DNA of 64,000 bases from Eledone cirrhosa. Lineage: Eukaryota. The first letter of the stretch is position 1. The number at the start of each line of letters is the position of its first letter. The DNA lies in the NCBI GenBank assembly GCA_964016885.1, contig OZ024754.1:16430001-16494000 (forward strand). Direction: 5' to 3'. Below the pieces are notes generated by a model. The model did no database searches and was not told the origin of the DNA. It saw nothing but the letters and a program-made list of their open reading frames with translations. Below are positions 1 to 15,000 of this stretch, one piece after another. The translations under genes were made by a program, and so were the position numbers.

Positions 1-3000
1 AGAAAATCCTTTCTTTAGATTTATAACTTGGTCAGAGAAAATCCTTTCTTTAGATTTATCACTTGGTCAGAGAAAATCCTTTCTTTAGGTTTATAACTTG
101 GTGAGAAAATCCTTTCTTTAGATTTATAACTTGGTTAGAGAAAGTCCTTTCTTTAGGTATATAACTTGGTCAGAGAAAATCCTTTCTTTAGATTTATAAC
201 TTCGTCATAGAAAATCCTTTCTTTAGGTTTATAACTTGGTGAGAAAATTCTTTCTTTAGATTTATAACTTGGTCAGAGAAAATCCATTCTTTAGGTTTAT
301 AACTTGTTCAGAGAAAATCCTTTCTTCAGATTTATAACTTGGTCAGACAAAATCCTTTCTTTAGGTATATAACTTGGTCCGAGAAAATCCTTTCTTTAGA
401 TTTATAACTCGGTCAGAGAAAATCCATTCTTTACGTTTATAACTTGGTCAGAGAAAATCCTTTCTATAGGTTTATAACTTGGTCAGAGAAAATCCTTTCT
501 TCAGATTTATCACTTGGTCAGAGTAAATCATTTTTTCAGATTTATATATGGGTCAGAGAAAATCCTTTCATTAGGTTTCTAACTTGGTCAGAGAAATTCC
601 TTTCTTTAGGTTTATAACTTGGTCATAGAAAATCCTTTCTTCAGCTTTGTAACTTGGTCAGAGAAAATCCTTTCTTTAGATTTATAACTTTGTCAGAGAA
701 AATCCTTTATTTAGATTTATAACTAGGTCAGAGAAAATCCTTTTCTTAGATTTATAACTGGGTCAGAGAAAATCCTATCTTTAGATTCATAACTAGGTCA
801 GAGTAAATCCTTTCTTTAGATTTATAACTTGGTCAAAGAAAATCCTTTCTTTAGACTTATAACTTGGTCAGAGAAAATCCTTTCTTCAGATTTATAACTT
901 CGTCAGAGAAAATCCTTTCTTTAGACTTATAACTTGGTCACAGAAAATCCTTTCTTTAGGTTTATAACTCGGCCAGAGAAAATCATTCCTTTAGCTTTGT
1001 AACCTGATGAGAAAATCCTTTCTTTAGATTTATAACTTGGTCAGAGAAAATCCTTTCTTTAGGTTTATAACTTGGTCAGAGAAAATACTTTCTTTAGATT
1101 TATAACATGGTCAATGAATATCCTTTCTTTAGATTCATAACTTGGTCATGGAAAATCTTCTCTTTAGGTTTATAACTCTGTGAGAAAATCCTTTCTATAG
1201 GTATATAACTTGGTCAGAGAAAATCCTTTCTTCAGATTTATCACTATGTCAGAGTAAATCATTTCCTTAGATTCATAAATGGGTCAGAGAAATTCCTTTC
1301 TTTAGGTTTATAACTTAGTCAGAGAAAATCCTTTCTTTAGATTTATAACTGGGTCAGAGAAAATCCTTTCTTCAGATTTATAACTTGGTCAAAGAAAATC
1401 CTTCTCCAGATTTATCACTTGGTCAGAGAAAATCCTTAATTAGATTCATAACTGGGTCAGAGAACATCCTTTCTTTAGGTTTATAACTTGATCAGAGAAA
1501 ATCCTTTCTTTAGGTTTATAACTTTGTCAGAGAAAATCATCTCTTTAGATCTATAACGTGGTCAGAGAAATCCCTTTCTTTAGTTTTATAACTTGGTTAG
1601 AAATTCCTTTCTTTACGTTTATAATATGGTCAGAGAAAATCCTTTCTTTAGGTTTATAACTCTGTGAGAAAATTCTTTATTTAGATTTATAACTCGGTCA
1701 GAGAAAATCCATTCTTTACGTTTATAACTTGTTCAGAGAAAATCCTTTCTGTAGGTTTATAACTTGGTCAGAGAAAATCCTTTCTTCAGATTTATCACTT
1801 GGTCAGAGTAAATCATTTCTTTAGGTTTATAACTAGGTCAGAGAAAATCCTTTACTTAGATTTATAACTGGGTCAGTTAAAATCCTGTCTTTAGATTCAT
1901 AACTAGGTCAGAGTAAATCCTTTCTTTAGACTTATAACTTGGTCAGAGAAAATCCTTTCTTTAGATTTATAACTTGGTTAGAGTAAATCGTTTCTTCAGA
2001 TTTATAACTTGGTCACAGAAAATCCTTTCTTTAGGTTTATAACTCGGTCAGAGAAAATCATTCCTTCAGCTTTATAACCTAATGAGAAAATCCTTTCTTT
2101 AGATTTATAACTTGGTCAGAGAAAATCCTTTCTTTAGTTTTATAACTTGGTCAGAGAAAATCCTTTTTTTAGATTCATAACTTGGTCAGAGAAAATCCTT
2201 TCTTCAGGTTTATAACTTGGTCAGAGAAAATCCTTTCTTTAGGTTTATAACATCGTCAGAAAAAATCCTTTCTTTAGATTTATAAAATGGTGAAAAAAAA
2301 TCCTTTTTTTATACTTATAACTTGGTCATAGAAAATCTTCTCTTTAGGTTTATAACTCTGTGAGAAAATCCTTTCTATAGGTATATAACTTGGTCAGAGA
2401 AAATCCTTTCTTTAGATTTATAACTTGGTGAGAGCAAATCCTTTTCTTTAGGTTTATAACTTCGTCAGAGAAATTCCTTTCTTTAGGTTTATAACTTGGT
2501 CAGATAAAATCCTTTCTTTAGACTTATAACTTGGTCAGAGAAAATCCTTTCTTTAGGTTTATAACATGGTGAGAGCAAATCCTTTCTTTAGGTTTATAAC
2601 TTGGTCAGATAAAATCCTTTCTTTAGGTTTATAACTTGGTCAGAGAAATTCCTTTCTTCAGATTTGTAACTTGGTCAGAGAAAATCCTTTCTTTAGATTT
2701 ATAACTTTGTCAGAGAAAATCCTTTATTTAGATTTATAACTGGGTCAGAGAAAATCCTGTCTTTAGATTCACAACTAGGTCAGAGTAAATCCTTTCTTTA
2801 GATTTATAACTTGGTCAAAGAAAATCCTTTCTTTAGACTTATAACTTGGTCAGAGAAAATCCTTTCTTTAGATTTATAACTTGGCCAGAGAAAATCCTTT
2901 CTTCAGATTTATAACTTAGTCAGAGAAAATCCTTTCTTTAGTTTTATAACTTGGTCAGAGAAAATCATTCCTTTAGCTTTATAACCTGATGAGAAAATCC

Positions 3001-6000
3001 TTTCATTAGATTCATAATTTTGTCACTGAAAATCCTTTCTTTAGTTTTATAACTTGGTCAGAGAAAATCCTTTTTTTAGACTTATAACTTGGTCATAGAA
3101 AATCTTCTCTTTAGGTTTATAACTCTGTGAGAAAATCCTTTCTATAGGTATATAACTTGGTCAGAGAAAATCCTTTCTTCAGATTTATCACTTGGTCAGA
3201 GTAAATCATTTCTTTAGATTTATAAATGTGTCAGAGAAAATCCTTTCATTAGGTTTCTAACTTGGTCAGAGAAATTCCTTTCTTTAGGTTTATAACATAG
3301 TCACAGAAAACCCTTTCTTTAGATTTATAACTGGGTCAGAGAAAATCCTTTCTTCAGATTTATAACTTGGTCAGAGAAAATCCTTCTCCAGATTTATCAC
3401 TTAGTCAGAGAAAATCCTTTCTTTAGGTTTATAACTTTCTCAGAGAAAATCATTTCTTTAGATCTATAACTTGGTCAGAGAAAATCCTTTCTTTAGATTT
3501 ATAACTTGGTCAGAGAAATCCCTTTCTTTAGGTTTATAACTTGGTGAGAAATTCCTTTCTTTAGATTTATAACTTGTTCAGAGAGAATCCTTTCTTTAGA
3601 TTTATAAAATGGTCAGAGAAAATCCATTCTTTAGATTTATAACTTGGTCAGAGAAAATCCTTTCTTTAGATTTATAACTTGGTCAGAGAAAATCCTTTAC
3701 TTAGATTTATAACTGGGTCAGTTAAAATCCTGTCTTTAGATTCATAACTAGGTCAGAGTAAATCCTTTCTTTAGACTTGTAACTTGGTCAGAGAAAATCC
3801 TTTCTTTAGATTTATAACTTGGTTAGAGTAAATCGTTTCTTCAGATTTATAACTTGGTCACAGAAAATCCTTTCTTTAGGTTTATAACTTGGTCAGAGAA
3901 AATCATTCCTTCAGCTTTATAACCTGATGAGAAAATCCTTTCTTTAGATTTATAACTTGGTCAGAGAAAATCCTTTCTTTAGTTTTATAACTTGGTCAGA
4001 GAAAATCCTTTTTTTAGATTTATAACTTGGTCAGAGAAAATCCTTTCTTCAGGTTTATAACTTGGTCAGAGAAAATCCTTTCTTTAGGTTTATAACATCG
4101 TCAGAGAAAATCCTTTCTTTAGATTTATAAAATGGTGAAAAAAAATCCTTTTTTTATATTTATAACTTGGTCATAGAAAATCTTCTCTTTAGGTTTATAA
4201 CTCTGCGAGAAAATCCTTTCTATAGGTATATAACTTGGTCAGAGAAAATCCTTTCTTTAGATTTATAACTTGGTGAGAGCAAATCCTTTTCTTTAGGTTT
4301 ATAACTTCGTCAGAGAAAATCCTTTCTTTAGGTTTATAACTTGGTCAGATAAAATCCTTTCTTTAGACTTATAACTTGGTCAGAGAAAATCCTTTCTTTA
4401 GAATTATAACTTTGTCAGGGAAAATCCTATCTTTAGATTTGTAACTTGGTCAGAGAAAATCCTTTCTTTAGATTTATAACTTGGTCAGAGAAAATCCTTT
4501 CTTTAGATTTATAACTTGGTCAGAGAAAATCCTTTCTTTAGGTTTATAACTTGGTCAGAGAAAATCCTTTCTTTAGATTTATAACTTGGTGAGAGCAAAT
4601 CCTTTTCTTTAGGTTTATAACTTCGTCAGAGAAAATCCATTCTTTAGGTTTATAACTTGGTCAGATAAAATCCTTTCTTTAGGTTTATAACTTGGTCAGA
4701 GAAAATCCTTTCTTTAGGTTTATAACTTGGTCAGATAAAATCCTTTCTTTCGGTTTATAACTTGGTCAGAGTAATTCCTTTCTTCAGATTTGTAACTTGG
4801 TCAGAGAAAATCCTTTCTTTAGATTTATAACTAGGTCAGAGAAAATCCTTTTCTTAGATTTATAACTGGGTCAGAGAAAATCCTATCTTTAGATTCATAA
4901 CTAGGTCAGAGTAAATCCTTTCTTTAGATTTATAACTTGGTCAAAGAAAATCCTTTCTTTAGACTTATAACTTGGTCAGAGAAAATCCTTTCTTCAGATT
5001 TATAACTTCGTCAGAGAAAATCCTTTCTTTAGACTTATAACTTGGTCAGAGAAAATCCTTTCTTTAGGTTTATAACTCGGCCAGAGAAAATCATTCCTTT
5101 AGCTTTATAACCTGATGAGAAAATCCTTTCTTTAGATTTATAACTTGGTCAGAGAAAATCCTTTCTTTAGGTTTATAACTTGGTCAGAGAAAATACTTTC
5201 TTTAGATTTATAACATGGTCAGAGAATATCCTTTCTTTAGATTCATAACTTGGTCATGGAAAATCTTCTCTTTAGGTTTATAACTCTGTGAGAAAATCCT
5301 TTCTATAGGTATATAACTTGGTCAGAGAATATCCTTTGTTCAGATTTATCACTATGTCAGAGTAAATCATTTCCTTAGATTCATAAATGGGTCAGAGAAA
5401 TTCCTTTCTTTAGGTTTATAACTTAGTCAGAGAAAATCCTTTCTTTAGATTTATAACTGGGTCAGAGAAAATCCTTTCTTCAGATTTATAACTTGGTCAA
5501 AGAAAATCCTTCTCCAGATTTATCACTTGGTCAGAGAAAATCCTTAATTAGATTCATAACTGGGTCAGAGAAAATCCTTTCTTTAGGTTTATAACTTGAT
5601 CAGAGAAAATCCTTCTCCAGATTTATCACTTGGTCAGAGAAAATCCTTAATTAGATTCATAACTTGGTCAGAGGAAATCCTTTCTTTAGATAAAAAACTT
5701 CGTCAGAGAAAATCCTTTCTTTAGATTTATAACATGGTCAGAGAATATCCTTTCTTTAGATTTATAACTTGGTCAGAGAAAATCCTTTCTTTAGATTTAT
5801 AACTTGGTGAGAGCAAATCCTTTTCTTTAGGTTTATAAGTTCGTCAGAGAAAATCCTTTCTTTAGGTTTATAACTTGGTCAGATAAAATCCTCTTGGTCA
5901 GAGAAAATCCTTTCCTTAGATTTATAACTTTGTCAGAGAAAATCCTATCTTTAGATTTGTAACTTGGTCAGAGAATATCCTTTCTTTAGATTTATAACTT

Positions 6001-9000
6001 GGTCAGAGAAAATCCTTTCTTTAGATATATAACTTGGTCAGAGAAAATCCTTTCTTTAGGTTTATAACTTGGTCTGAGAAAATCCTTCCTTTAGCTTTAT
6101 AACCTGGTGAGAAAATCCTTTCTTTAGATTTATAATTTTGTCAGAGAAAATCCTTTCTTTAGTTTTATAACTTGGTCAGAGAAAATCCTTTTTTTAGATT
6201 TATAACTTGGTCATAGAAAATCATCTCCTTAGGTTTATAACTCTGAGAAAATTCTTTATTTAGATTTATAACTTGGTCAGAGAAAATCCATTCTTTACGT
6301 TTATAACTTGGTCAGAGAAAATCCTTTGTATAGGTTTATAACTTGGTCAGAGAAAATCCTTTCTTCAGATTTAACCCTTGGTCAGAGTAAATCATTTCTT
6401 CAGATTTATATATGGTTCAGAGAAAATCCTTTCATTAGGTTTCTAACTTGGTCAGAGAAATTCCTTTCTTTAGGTTTATAACTTGGACATAGAAAATCCT
6501 TTCTTCAGATTTATAACTTGGCAGAGAAAATCCTTCTCCAGATTTATCACTTGGTCAGAGAAAATCCGTAATTAGATTCATAACTGGGTCAGAGAAAATC
6601 CTTTCTTCAGGCTTATAACTTCATCAGAGAAAATCCTTTCTTTAGATTTATAACTTGATCAGAGAAAATCCTTTCTTTAGGTTTATAACTTGGTCAGAAA
6701 AAATCCTTTCTTTAGATTTATAACTTGGTCATAGAAAATCCTTTCTTTAGGTTCATAACTTGGTCAGAGAAAATCCTTTCTTTAGATTTATAACTTGGTC
6801 AGAGAAAATCCTTTCTATAGGTTTATAACTTGGTCAGAGAAAATCCTTTCTTTAGATTTATAACTTGGTCAGAGAAATCCCTTTCTTTAGGTTTATAACT
6901 TGGTGAGAAATTCCTTTCTTTACGTTTATAACATGGTCAGAGAAAATACTTTATGTTTATAACTTGGTTTAAAATTCCTTTCTTTAGATTTATAACTTGT
7001 TCAGAGAGAATCACTTCTTCAGATTTATAACTTCGTCAGAGAAAGTTGTTTCTTTAGATTTATAACTTGGTCAGAGAAAATCCTTTCTTTAGGTTTATAA
7101 CTTGGTCAGAGAAAATCCTATCTTTAGGTTTATAACTTGGTCAGAGGAAATCCTTTCTTTAGATAAATAACTTCGTCAGAGAAAATCCTTTCTTTAGATT
7201 TATAACATGGTCAGAGAATATCCTTTCTTTAGATTTATAACTTGGTCAGAGAAAATCCTTTCTTTAGATTTATAACTTGGTGAGAGCAAATCCTTTTCTT
7301 TAGGTTTATAAGTTCGTCAGAGAAAATCCTTTCTTTAGGTTTATAACTTGGTCAGATAAAATCCTCTTGGTCAGAGAAAATCCTTTCCTTAGATTTATAA
7401 CTTTGTCAGAGAAAATCCTATCTTTAGATTTGTAACTTGGTCAGAGAAAATCCTTTCTTTAGATTTATAACTTGGTCAGAGAAAATCCTTTCTTCAGATT
7501 TATAACTTGGTCAGACAAAATCCTTTCTTTAGATTTATAACTTGGTCAGAGAAAATCCTTTATTTAGATTTATAACTGGGTCAGTGAAAATCCTGTCTTT
7601 AGATTCATAACTAGGTCAGAGTAAATCCTTTCTTTAGATTTATAACTTGGTCAACAAAAATCCTTTCTTTAGACTTATAACTTGGTCAGAGAAAATCCTT
7701 TCTTTAGATTTATAACTTGGTCAGAGAAAATCCTTTCTTTAGATTTATCACTTGGTCAGAGAAAATTCTTTCTTCAGGTTTATAACTTGGTTAGAGAAAA
7801 TCCTTTCTTTAGGTTTATAACTTGGTTAGAGAAAGTCCTTTCTTTAGGTATATAACTTGGTCAGAGAAAATCCTTTCTTTAGATTTATAACTTCGTCATA
7901 GAAAATCCTTTCTTTAGGTTTATAACTTGGTGAGAAAATTCTTTCTTTAGATTTATAACTTGGTCAGAGAAAATCCATTCTTTAGGTTTATAACTTGTTC
8001 AGAGAAAATCCTTTCTTCAGATTTATAACTTGGTCAGACAAAATCCTTTCTTTAGGTATATAACTTGGTCCGAGAAAATCCTTTCTTTAGATTTATAACT
8101 CGGTCAGAGAAAATCCATTCTTTACGTTTATAACTTGGTCAGAGAAAATCCTTTCTATAGGTTTATAACTTGGTCAGAGAAAATCCTTTCTTCAGATTTA
8201 TCACTTGGTCAGAGTAAATCATTTTTTCAGATTTATATATGGGTCAGAGAAAATCCTTTCATTAGGTTTCTAACTTGGTCAGAGAAATTCCTTTCTTTAG
8301 GTTTATAACTTGGTCATAGAAAATCCTTTCTTCAGCTTTGTAACTTGGTCAGAGAAAATCCTTTCTTTAGATTTATAACTTTGTCAGAGAAAATCCTTTA
8401 TTTAGATTTATAACTAGGTCAGAGAAAATCCTTTTCTTAGATTTATAACTGGGTCAGAGAAAATCCTATCTTTAGATTCATAACTAGGTCAGAGTAAATC
8501 CTTTCTTTAGATTTATAACTTGGTCAAAGAAAATCCTTTCTTTAGACTTATAACTTGGTCAGAGAAAATCCTTTCTTCAGATTTATAACTTCGTCAGAGA
8601 AAATCCTTTCTTTAGACTTATAACTTGGTCACAGAAAATCCTTTCTTTAGGTTTATAACTCGGCCAGAGAAAATCATTCCTTTAGCTTTATAACCTGATG
8701 AGAAAATCCTTTCTTTAGATTTATAACTTGGTCAGAGAAAATCCTTTCTTTAGGTTTATAACTTGGTCAGAGAAAATACTTTCTTTAGATTTATAACATG
8801 GTCAATGAATATCCTTTCTTTAGATTCATAACTTGGTCATGGAAAATCTTCTCTTTAGGTTTATAACTCTGTGAGAAAATCCTTTCTATAGGTATATAAC
8901 TTGGTCAGAGAAAATCCTTTCTTCAGATTTATCACTATGTCAGAGTAAATCATTTCCTTAGATTCATAAATGGGTCAGAGAAATTCCTTTCTTTAGGTTT

Positions 9001-12000
9001 ATAACTTAGTCAGAGAAAATCCTTTCTTTAGATATATAACTGGGTCAGAGAAAATCCTTTCTTCAGATTTATAACTTGGTCAAAGAAAATCCTTCTCCAG
9101 ATTTATCACTTGGTCAGAGAAAATCCTTAATTAGATTCATAACTGGGTCAGAGAACATCCTTTCTTTAGGTTTATAACTTGATCAGAGAAAATCCTTTCT
9201 TTAGGTTTATAACTTTGTCAGAGAAAATCATCTCTTTAGATCTATAACGTGGTCAGAGAAATCCCTTTCTTTAGTTTTATAACTTGGTTAGAAATTCCTT
9301 TCTTTACGTTTATAATATGGTCAGAGAAAATCCTTTCTTTAGGTTTATAACTCTGTGAGGAAATTCTTTATTTAGATTTATAACTCGGTCAGAGAAAATC
9401 CATTCTTTACGTTTATAACTTGTTCAGAGAAAATCCTTTCTGTAGGTTTATAACTTGGTCAGAGAAAATCCTTTCTTCAGATTTATCACTTGGTCAGAGT
9501 AAATCATTTCTTTAGGTTTATAACTAGGTCAGAGAAAATCCTTTACTTAGATTTATAACTGGGTCAGTTAAAATCCTGTCTTTAGATTCATAACTAGGTC
9601 AGAGTAAATCCTTTCTTTAGACTTATAACTTGGTCAGAGAAAATCCTTTCTTTAGATTTATAACTTGGTTAGAGTAAATCGTTTCTTCAGATTTATAACT
9701 TGGTCACAGAAAATCCTTTCTTTAGGTTTATAACTCGGTCAGAGAAAATCATTCCTTCAGCTTTATAACCTAATGAGAAAATCCTTTCTTTAGATTTATA
9801 ACTTGGTCAGAGAAAATCCTTTCTTTAGTTTTATAACTTGGTCAGAGAAAATCCTTTTTTTAGATTCATAACTTGGTCAGAGAAAATCCTTTCTTCAGGT
9901 TTATAACTTGGTCAGAGAAAATCCTTTCTTTAGGTTTATAACATCGTCAGAGAAAATCCTTTCTTTAGATTTATAAAATGGTGAAAAAAAATCCTTTTTT
10001 TATACTTATAACTTGGTCATAGAAAATCTTCTCTTTAGGTTTATAACTCTGTGAGAAAATCCTTTCTATAGGTATATAACTTGGTCAGAGAAAATCCTTT
10101 CTTTAGATTTATAACTTGGTGAGAGCAAATCCTTTTCTTTAGGTTTATAACTTCGTCAGAGAAATTCCTTTCTTTAGGTTTATAACTTGGTCAGATAAAA
10201 TCCTTTCTTTAGACTTATAACTTGGTCAGAGAAAATCCTTTCTTTAGGTTTATAACATGGTGAGAGCAAATCCTTTCTTTAGGTTTATAACTTGGTCAGA
10301 TAAAATCCTTTCTTTAGGTTTATAACTTGGTCAGAGAAATTCCTTTCTTCAGATTTGTAACTTGGTCAGAGAAAATCCTTTCTTTAGATTTATAACTTTG
10401 TCAGAGAAAATCCTTTATTTAGATTTATAACTGGGTCAGAGAAAATCCTGTCTTTAGATTCACAACTAGGTCAGAGTAAATCCTTTCTTTAGATTTATAA
10501 CTTGGTCAAAGAAAATCCTTTCTTTAGACTTATAACTTGGTCAGAGAAAATCCTTTCTTTAGATTTATAACTTGGCCAGAGAAAATCCTTTCTTCAGATT
10601 TATAACTTAGTCAGAGAAAATCCTTTCTTTAGTTTTATAACTTGGTCAGAGAAAATCATTCCTTTAGCTTTATAACCTGATGAGAAAATCCTTTCATTAG
10701 ATTTATAATTTTGTCACTGAAAATCCTTTCTTTAGTTTTATAACTTGGTCAGAGAAAATCCTTTTTTTAGACTTATAACTTGGTCATAGAAAATCTTCTC
10801 TTTAGGTTTATAACTCTGTGAGAAAATCCTTTCTATAGGTATATAACTTGGTCAGAGAAAATCCTTTCTTCAGATTTATCACTTGGTCAGAGTAAATCAT
10901 TTCTTTAGATTTATAAATGTGTCAGAGAAAATCCTTTCATTAGGTTTCTAACTTGGTCAGAGAAATTCCTTTCTTTAGGTTTATAACATAGTCACAGAAA
11001 ACCCTTTCTTTAGATTTATAACTGGGTCAGAGAAAATCCTTTCTTCAGATTTATAACTTGGTCAGAGAAAATCCTTCTCCAGATTTATCACTTAGTCAGA
11101 GAAAATCCTTTCTTTAGGTTTATAACTTTCTCAGAGAAAATCATTTCTTTAGATCTATAACTTGGTCAGAGAAAATCCTTTCTTTAGATTTATAACTTGG
11201 TCAGAGAAATCCCTTTCTTTAGGTTTATAACTTGGTGAGAAATTCCTTTCTTTAGATTTATAACTTGTTCAGAGAGAATCCTTTCTTTAGATTTATAAAA
11301 TGGTCAGAGAAAATCCATTCTTTAGATTTATAACTTGGTCAGAGAAAATCCTTTCTTTAGATTTATAACTAGGTCAGAGAAAATCCTTTACTTAGATTTA
11401 TAACTGGGTCAGTTAAAATCCTGTCTTTAGATTCATAACTAGGTCAGAGTAAATCCTTTCTTTAGACTTGTAACTTGGTCAGAGAAAATCCTTTCTTTAG
11501 ATTTATAACTTGGTTAGAGTAAATCGTTTCTTCAGATTTATAACTTGGTCACAGAAAATCCTTTCTTTAGGTTTATAACTTGGTCAGAGAAAATCATTCC
11601 TTCAGCTTTATAACCTGATGAGAAAATCCTTTCTTTAGATTTATAACTTGGTCAGAGAAAATCCTTTCTTTAGTTTTATAACTTGGTCAGAGAAAATCCT
11701 TTTTTTAGATTTATAACTTGGTCAGAGAAAATCCTTTCTTCAGGTTTATAACTTGGTCAGAGAAAATCCTTTCTTTAGGTTTATAACATCGTCAGAGAAA
11801 ATCCTTTCTTTAGATTTATAAAATGGTGAAAAAAAATCCTTTTTTTATATTTATAACTTGGTCATAGAAAATCTTCTCTTTAGGTTTATAACTCTGTGAG
11901 AAAATCCTTTCTATAGGTATATAACTTGGTCAGAGAAAATCCTTTCTTTAGATTTATAACTTGGTGAGAGCAAATCCTTTTCTTTAGGTTTATAACTTCG

Positions 12001-15000
12001 TCAGAGAAAATCCTTTCTTTAGGTTTATAACTTGGTAAGATAAAATCCTTTCTTTAGACTTATAACTTGGTCAGAGAAAATCCTTTCTTTAGAATTATAA
12101 CTTTGTCAGGGAAAATCCTATCTTTAGATTTGTAACTTGGTCAGAGAAAATCCTTTCTTTAGATTTATAACTTGGTCAGAGAAAATCCTTTCTTTAGATT
12201 TATAACTTGGTCAGAGAAAATCCTTTCTTTAGGTTTATAACTTGGTCAGAGAAAATCCTTTCTTTAGATTTATAACTTGGTGAGAGCAAATCCTTTTCTT
12301 TAGGTTTATAACTTCGTCAGAGAAAATCCTTTCTTTAGGTTTATAACTTGGTCAGATAAAATCCTTTCTTTAGGTTTATAACTTGGTCAGAGAAAATCCT
12401 TTCTTTAGGTTTATAACTTGGTCAGATAAAATCCTTTCTTTCGGTTTATAACTTGGTCAGAGTAATTCCTTTCTTCAGATTTGTAACTTGGTCAGAGAAA
12501 ATCCTTTCTTTAGATTTATAACTAGGTCAGAGAAAATCCTTTTCTAAGATTTATAACTGGGTCAGAGAAAATCCTATCTTTAGATTCATAACTAGGTCAG
12601 AGTAAATCCTTTCTTTAGATTTATAACTTGGTCAAAGAAAATCCTTTCTTTAGACTTATAACTTGGTCAGAGAAAATCCTTTCTTCAGATTTATAACTTC
12701 GTCAGAGAAAATCCTTTCTTTAGACTTATAACTTGGTCAGAGAAAATCCTTTCTTTAGGTTTATAACTCGGCCAGAGAAAATCATTCCTTTAGCTTTATA
12801 ACCTGATGAGAAAATCCTTTCTTTAGAATTATAACTTGGTCAGAGAAAATCCTTTCTTTAGGTTTATAACTTGGTCAGAGAAAATACTTTCTTTAGATTT
12901 ATAACATGGTCAGAGAATATCCTTTCTTTAGAGTCATAACTTGGTCATGGAAAATCTTCTCTTTAGGTTTATAACTCTGTGAGAAAATCCTTTCTATAGG
13001 TATATAACTTGGTCAGAGAATATCCTTTGTTCAGATTTATCACTATGTCAGAGTAAATCATTTCCTTAGATTCATAAATGGGTCAGAGAAATTCCTTTCT
13101 TTAGGTTTATAACTTAGTCAGAGAAAATCCTTTCTTTAGATTTATAACTGGGTCAGAGAAAATCCTTTCTTCAGATTTATAACTTGGTCAAAGAAAATCC
13201 TTCTCCAGATTTATCACTTGGTCAGAGAAAATCCTTAATTAGATTCATAACTGGGTCAGAGAAAATCCTTTCTTTAGGTTTATAACTTGATCAGAGAAAA
13301 TCCTTCTCCAGATTTATCACTTGGTCAGAGAAAATCCTTAATTAGATTCATAACTTGGTCAGAGGAAATCCTTTCTTTAGATAAAAAACTTCGTCAGAGA
13401 AAATCCTTTCTTTAGATTTATAACATGGTCAGAGAATATCCTTTCTTTAGATTTATAACTTGGTCAGAGAAAATCCTTTCTTTAGATTTATAACTTGGTG
13501 AGAGCAAATCCTTTTCTTTAGGTTTATAAGTTCGTCAGAGAAAATCCTTTCTTTAGGTTTATAACTTGGTCAGATAAAATCCTCTTGGTCAGAGAAAATC
13601 CTTTCCTTAGATTTATAACTTTGTCAGAGAAAATCCTATCTTTAGATTTGTAACTTGGTCAGAGAATATCCTTTCGTTAGATTTATAACTTGGTCAGAGA
13701 AAATCCTTTCTTTAGATATATAACTTGGTCAGAGAAAATCCTTTCTTTAGGTTTATAACTTGGTCTGAGAAAATCCTTCCTTTAGCTTTATAACCTGGTG
13801 AGAAAATCCTTTCTTTAGATTTATAATTTTGTCAGAGAAAATCCTTTCTTTAGTTTTATAACTTGGTCAGAGAAAATCCTTTTTTTAGATTTATAACTTG
13901 GTCATAGAAAATCATCTCCTTAGGTTTATAACTCTGAGAAAATTCTTTATTTAGATTTATAACTTGGTCAGAGAAAATCCATTCTTTACGTTTATAACTT
14001 GGTCAGAGAAAATCCTTTCTATAGGTTTATAACTTGGTCAGAGAAAATCCTTTCTTCAGATTTATCACGTGGTCAGAGTAAATCATTTCTTCAGATTTAT
14101 AAATGGGCCAGAGAAAATCCTTTCATTAGGTTTCTAACTTGGTCATAGAAAATCCTTTCTTCAGATTTATAACTTGGTCAGAGAAAATCCATCTTCAGAT
14201 TCATCACTTGGTCAGAGAAAATCCTTTCTTTAGATTTATAACTTGGTCAGAGAAATCCCTTTCTTTAGGTTTATAACTTGGTTTGAAAATCCTTTCTTTA
14301 GATTTATAACTTGTTCAGAGAGAATCCTTTCTTCAGACTTATAATTTCGTCAGAGAAAATCCTTTATTTAGATTTATAACTTGGTCAGAGAAAATGCTTT
14401 TTTCAGGTTTATAACTTGGTCAGAGAAAATCCTTTCTTTAGGTTTATAACTTCGTCAGAGAAAATCCTTTCTTTAGATTTATAAAATGGTCAGAGAAAAT
14501 CCTTTCTTTAGATTTATAACTTGGTCAGACGAAATCCTTTCTTTAGATTTATAACTAGGTCAGAGAAAATCCTTTACTTAGATTTATAACTGGGTCAGAG
14601 AAAATCCTATCTTTAGATTCATAACTAGGTCAGAGTAAATCCTTTCTTTAGATTTATAACTTGGTCAAAGAAAATCCTTTCTTTAGACTTATAACTTGGT
14701 CAGAGAAAATCCTTTCTTCAGATTTATAACTTCGTCAGAGAAAATCCTTTCTTTAGACTTATAACTTGGTCACAGAAAATCCTTTCTTTAGGTTTATAAC
14801 TTGGTCAGAGAAAATACTTTCTTTAGATTTATAACATGGTCAGAGAATATCCTTTCTTTAGATTCATAACTTGGTCATGGAAAATCTTCTCTTTAGGTTT
14901 ATAACTCTGTGAGAAAATCCTTTCTATAGGTATATAACTTGGTCAGAGAAAATCCTTTCTTCAGATTTATCACTATGTCAGAGTAAATCATTTCTTTAGA